DNA from: Narcine bancroftii
Lineage: Eukaryota
Direction: 5' to 3'
NCBI RefSeq assembly: GCF_036971445.1
Contig: NC_091471.1
Span: 341,620,001-341,684,000, forward strand
Length of the DNA stretch: 64,000 nucleotides
In this document: piece after piece, positions 61,692-64,000 of the stretch
How the letters are laid out: the number at the start of each line of letters is the position of its first letter
Position numbering within the stretch: position 1 is the first letter of the stretch
The notes under the pieces: generated by a model
What the model was told of the DNA's origin: nothing
What the model saw: the letters and a program-made list of their open reading frames with translations, nothing else
The model's database searches: none
Program-made: the position numbers and the translations under genes

Positions 61692-62224
61692 GGCTGTTTT
61701 TGCGCTTTGTATCCTGAAGAGCAGAGGAGGTCTGTGCAAGAGTTAATGTTGTGCCCAATGGTCACAGAATCTGTACAGAGCTCTAAAGAAAATACTAAAG
61801 ATTACCCATCCCAAAAACTGAGTCCCATACCAAGTCATTTGGCCAAACATGCCCTGTCACAAATTGTTTCTTCTCTCAATTGGATGTAATTGCACTTTCT
61901 GTGCCAAACAAAACACTTACTGTAACAGCGTCATTGATTGCTAATCATGGCTATGCACCAGCAGGGCATACTTCTCTGTCTGTTGGCACCTTTTTTTTGA
62001 CAGGCTTTCTCATCAAGCATCCTTGCAATACAACGAACTGCATAATGTAAACTCATTGGCTCAGAGACACAAATGCAAACATTGAGACTTTAACATTAAT
62101 GTTGCTGTTTACGTTAACACTATTCACATCGATACTATGTAAATCCCCAATTTTGTTTATGTCTAATTTGGGTCATTGCGGGGTTTACATGTTTTGGCAA
62201 TTGCTTTATGCACTTGAGGGAAAA

Positions 62225-62309
62225 TAATGTTAGCATAGCGGTCAGTGCAAGGCAATTACAGCGCCAGTGACCCGGGTTCAAATCTGGTGCTATTTTTAAG
62301 GAATATATA
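62225..62309 (+). mobile_element. tRNA-SINE head, truncated by a putative LTR
   Basis: tagcatagcggtcagtgca (A box) and gacccgggttcaaatc (B box). Confidence 0.65.
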
Positions 62310-62976
62310 ATGTTACAGGGCCAGAGGACCCCAAAGCCCAGCAGCAATATAAATTCACCAAAACAAATGGTTACTTAAACAAAAGTTACTTTTAATTTTC
62401 TTTAAACATAAAAACAGGATCAAACTTTAACTTATTACTATTAACTTAACCTTACTTAATCCCCTTCTAATTCTAAGCACACGTGTATGCAATGTGTATA
62501 AGTTCAGAAAAGTTCTTTGATTCACAGTCCAATTTCACTTCTCACTCCTCGAAGTTCACCGGTACCAGGCAATACTTATACTATGCTCAGAATTTAACAT
62601 TTATGAACTTTCACCAAGCTCTGGTATTTAAATGGTTACCACACAGGAAGGTTCTTGCCAGTTTCAAAGAGAAATTTGTTGCTCGTTAGACACACACAAA
62701 CTGATTCCCTCCGATTAGCCACTTCAGTGTCTTGCCGAAGAAACTTGCTCCATCAGAGTTTTTCAAATGATAACCTCTTCTTTCAGGCCACCACAAAGTT
62801 CCTCTTGTTTCCCTTATTTCAGAAGAAACCCTCTAGCCAGCAATTTCCTCTTGTAAGGACTGCAAGGGTTTTCAAGAGGCTGAACTCAGAACTCATAACC
62901 CATCTTCAAAATGGGGTTTACAACAAACCTGTCAGCCTCCAAAAGCGACCACAGAACTCTTCACTCTCTCTCCCTC

Positions 62977-63041
<65 letters not shown>

Positions 63042-63416
63042 TTCTCTCCCCCCCCCCCAAAGAATCACCTGTTTTTTTCTCTCTCTGTTTGCAAACCCAC
63101 ATGACTCCTCTTAGAACAGCAAAATGCAACCAGACAGATGGCTGGCACCGGAATCATGGCCATCTATTGCTTTTAAAGATAATAGTCCATTTATTCCTCA
63201 ACATTAGTCCAATTAACACCTACTTGTGAAGCCTCATAGGCATTCTTCAAAGTTCCTATAAAGTCACTGTGGACATGAGGTCTTTGCTTATGCATAGCTC
63301 TTGCATTTCAAATGAGATGTCTTTTGTGAAATGTTACAGTGTGTTTGTGACCCCCCACAATCTATCTCTTTTAAAGACATAGAAGCCAAGCCAAAGAAAG
63401 AATATAACCCATAACA
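62310..63416. mobile_element. Putative long LTR (about 1.1 kb) containing a (CT)n tract and a 20-bp RTE tail
   Basis: Starts tgttac, likely ends cccataaca, and interrupts a SINE. No matching TSD found. Confidence 0.45.
62964..63039. repeat. (CT)n microsatellite
   Basis: Near-perfect CT run. Confidence 0.95.
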
Positions 63417-63539
63417 CAGCCTTGAGGCAATCTGCCCTGGATACCACATCAGCAAGATTATCACGTCACCTGCTTTGCACCTCCTCAGTCCCATGGTCCC
63501 CACTGAAGGAAAAGTAGTTGAGAGATTAGAGAAGGACAA

Positions 63540-64000
63540 GGATAGATCCTTGGGGATGACCAGAATGATGTCGGAGGAGAAAGAAATCTCATTGATGGCT
63601 GCACTAGCTGTGTTTCAATGGTTGAGAATTAAGTGAGTTAAGTGATGTCCTGTCTAACTGGACAGTGGTGGAGAGGTTAAGGTAGTCAATCAGGTCACAG
63701 GCTGAACACAAGTTACCTTGGCTGTTATCCTGCAAGCTTTTTCACATGTCACAAATGACAATTTTGGTCTGGTGATAGGGTCAGAGGGAGTGAAACATTG
63801 ATCTTTTGGATCAATATCAGGAAATGACAGTACAAATTCAAGGAATTTGGAGGAGAAAAAGCTTCTTGTAAAAATAAGTACAAAAGTGGAGTCTCTACAA
63901 GACCCAGATTTGTTCCTTCTGGGAGGTATTAGTGAAGTACAGTCCAGATTATCCAAATGCCAAATTCAATTTGTGAAGATCGCTTTGTCAGTATCCAGGA
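63540..64000 (-). mobile_element. Possible very old Penelope N-terminal/RT remnant
   Basis: Degenerate resemblance to the FTP...LxF..C and D.IN.LN...NL..E..A......I.I.PxD pattern that precedes Penelope RT. Confidence 0.3.

Noticed and set aside
62932-63129. ER-repeat and LS-repeat ORFs
   Set aside because: Translation artefacts of the (CT)n microsatellite.
101-63956. Most short ORFs in the six-frame track
   Set aside because: They are antisense or off-frame readings of transposon remnants, or random ORFs in AT-rich DNA. No host protein was recognised.

Overview
Eukaryotic, AT-rich, CpG-depleted intergenic or intronic DNA made almost entirely of transposable elements. The repeat mix (CR1 tails, V-type tRNA SINEs, Rex1/Babar, fish-type L1, RTE, abundant Penelope pseudo-LTRs) suggests a vertebrate, probably a cartilaginous fish (inference). 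I can recognise no host protein-coding gene. Main elements: a decayed hAT transposon (1167-5121); at least 9 copies of one young RTE LINE, two of them 5'-inverted; several Penelope remnants and palindromic mini-elements with hammerhead-like motifs; a near-intact Mag-type Gypsy provirus (35432-40185); a deleted Gypsy (18549-21221) whose primer-binding position matches its own LTR rather than a tRNA; an ORF1-only (HAL1-like) L1 with target-site duplications (52148-55015); a 5S rRNA-derived SINE; solo LTRs; and MITEs. Family names come from recalled motifs, not database searches, and boundaries of decayed elements are approximate.
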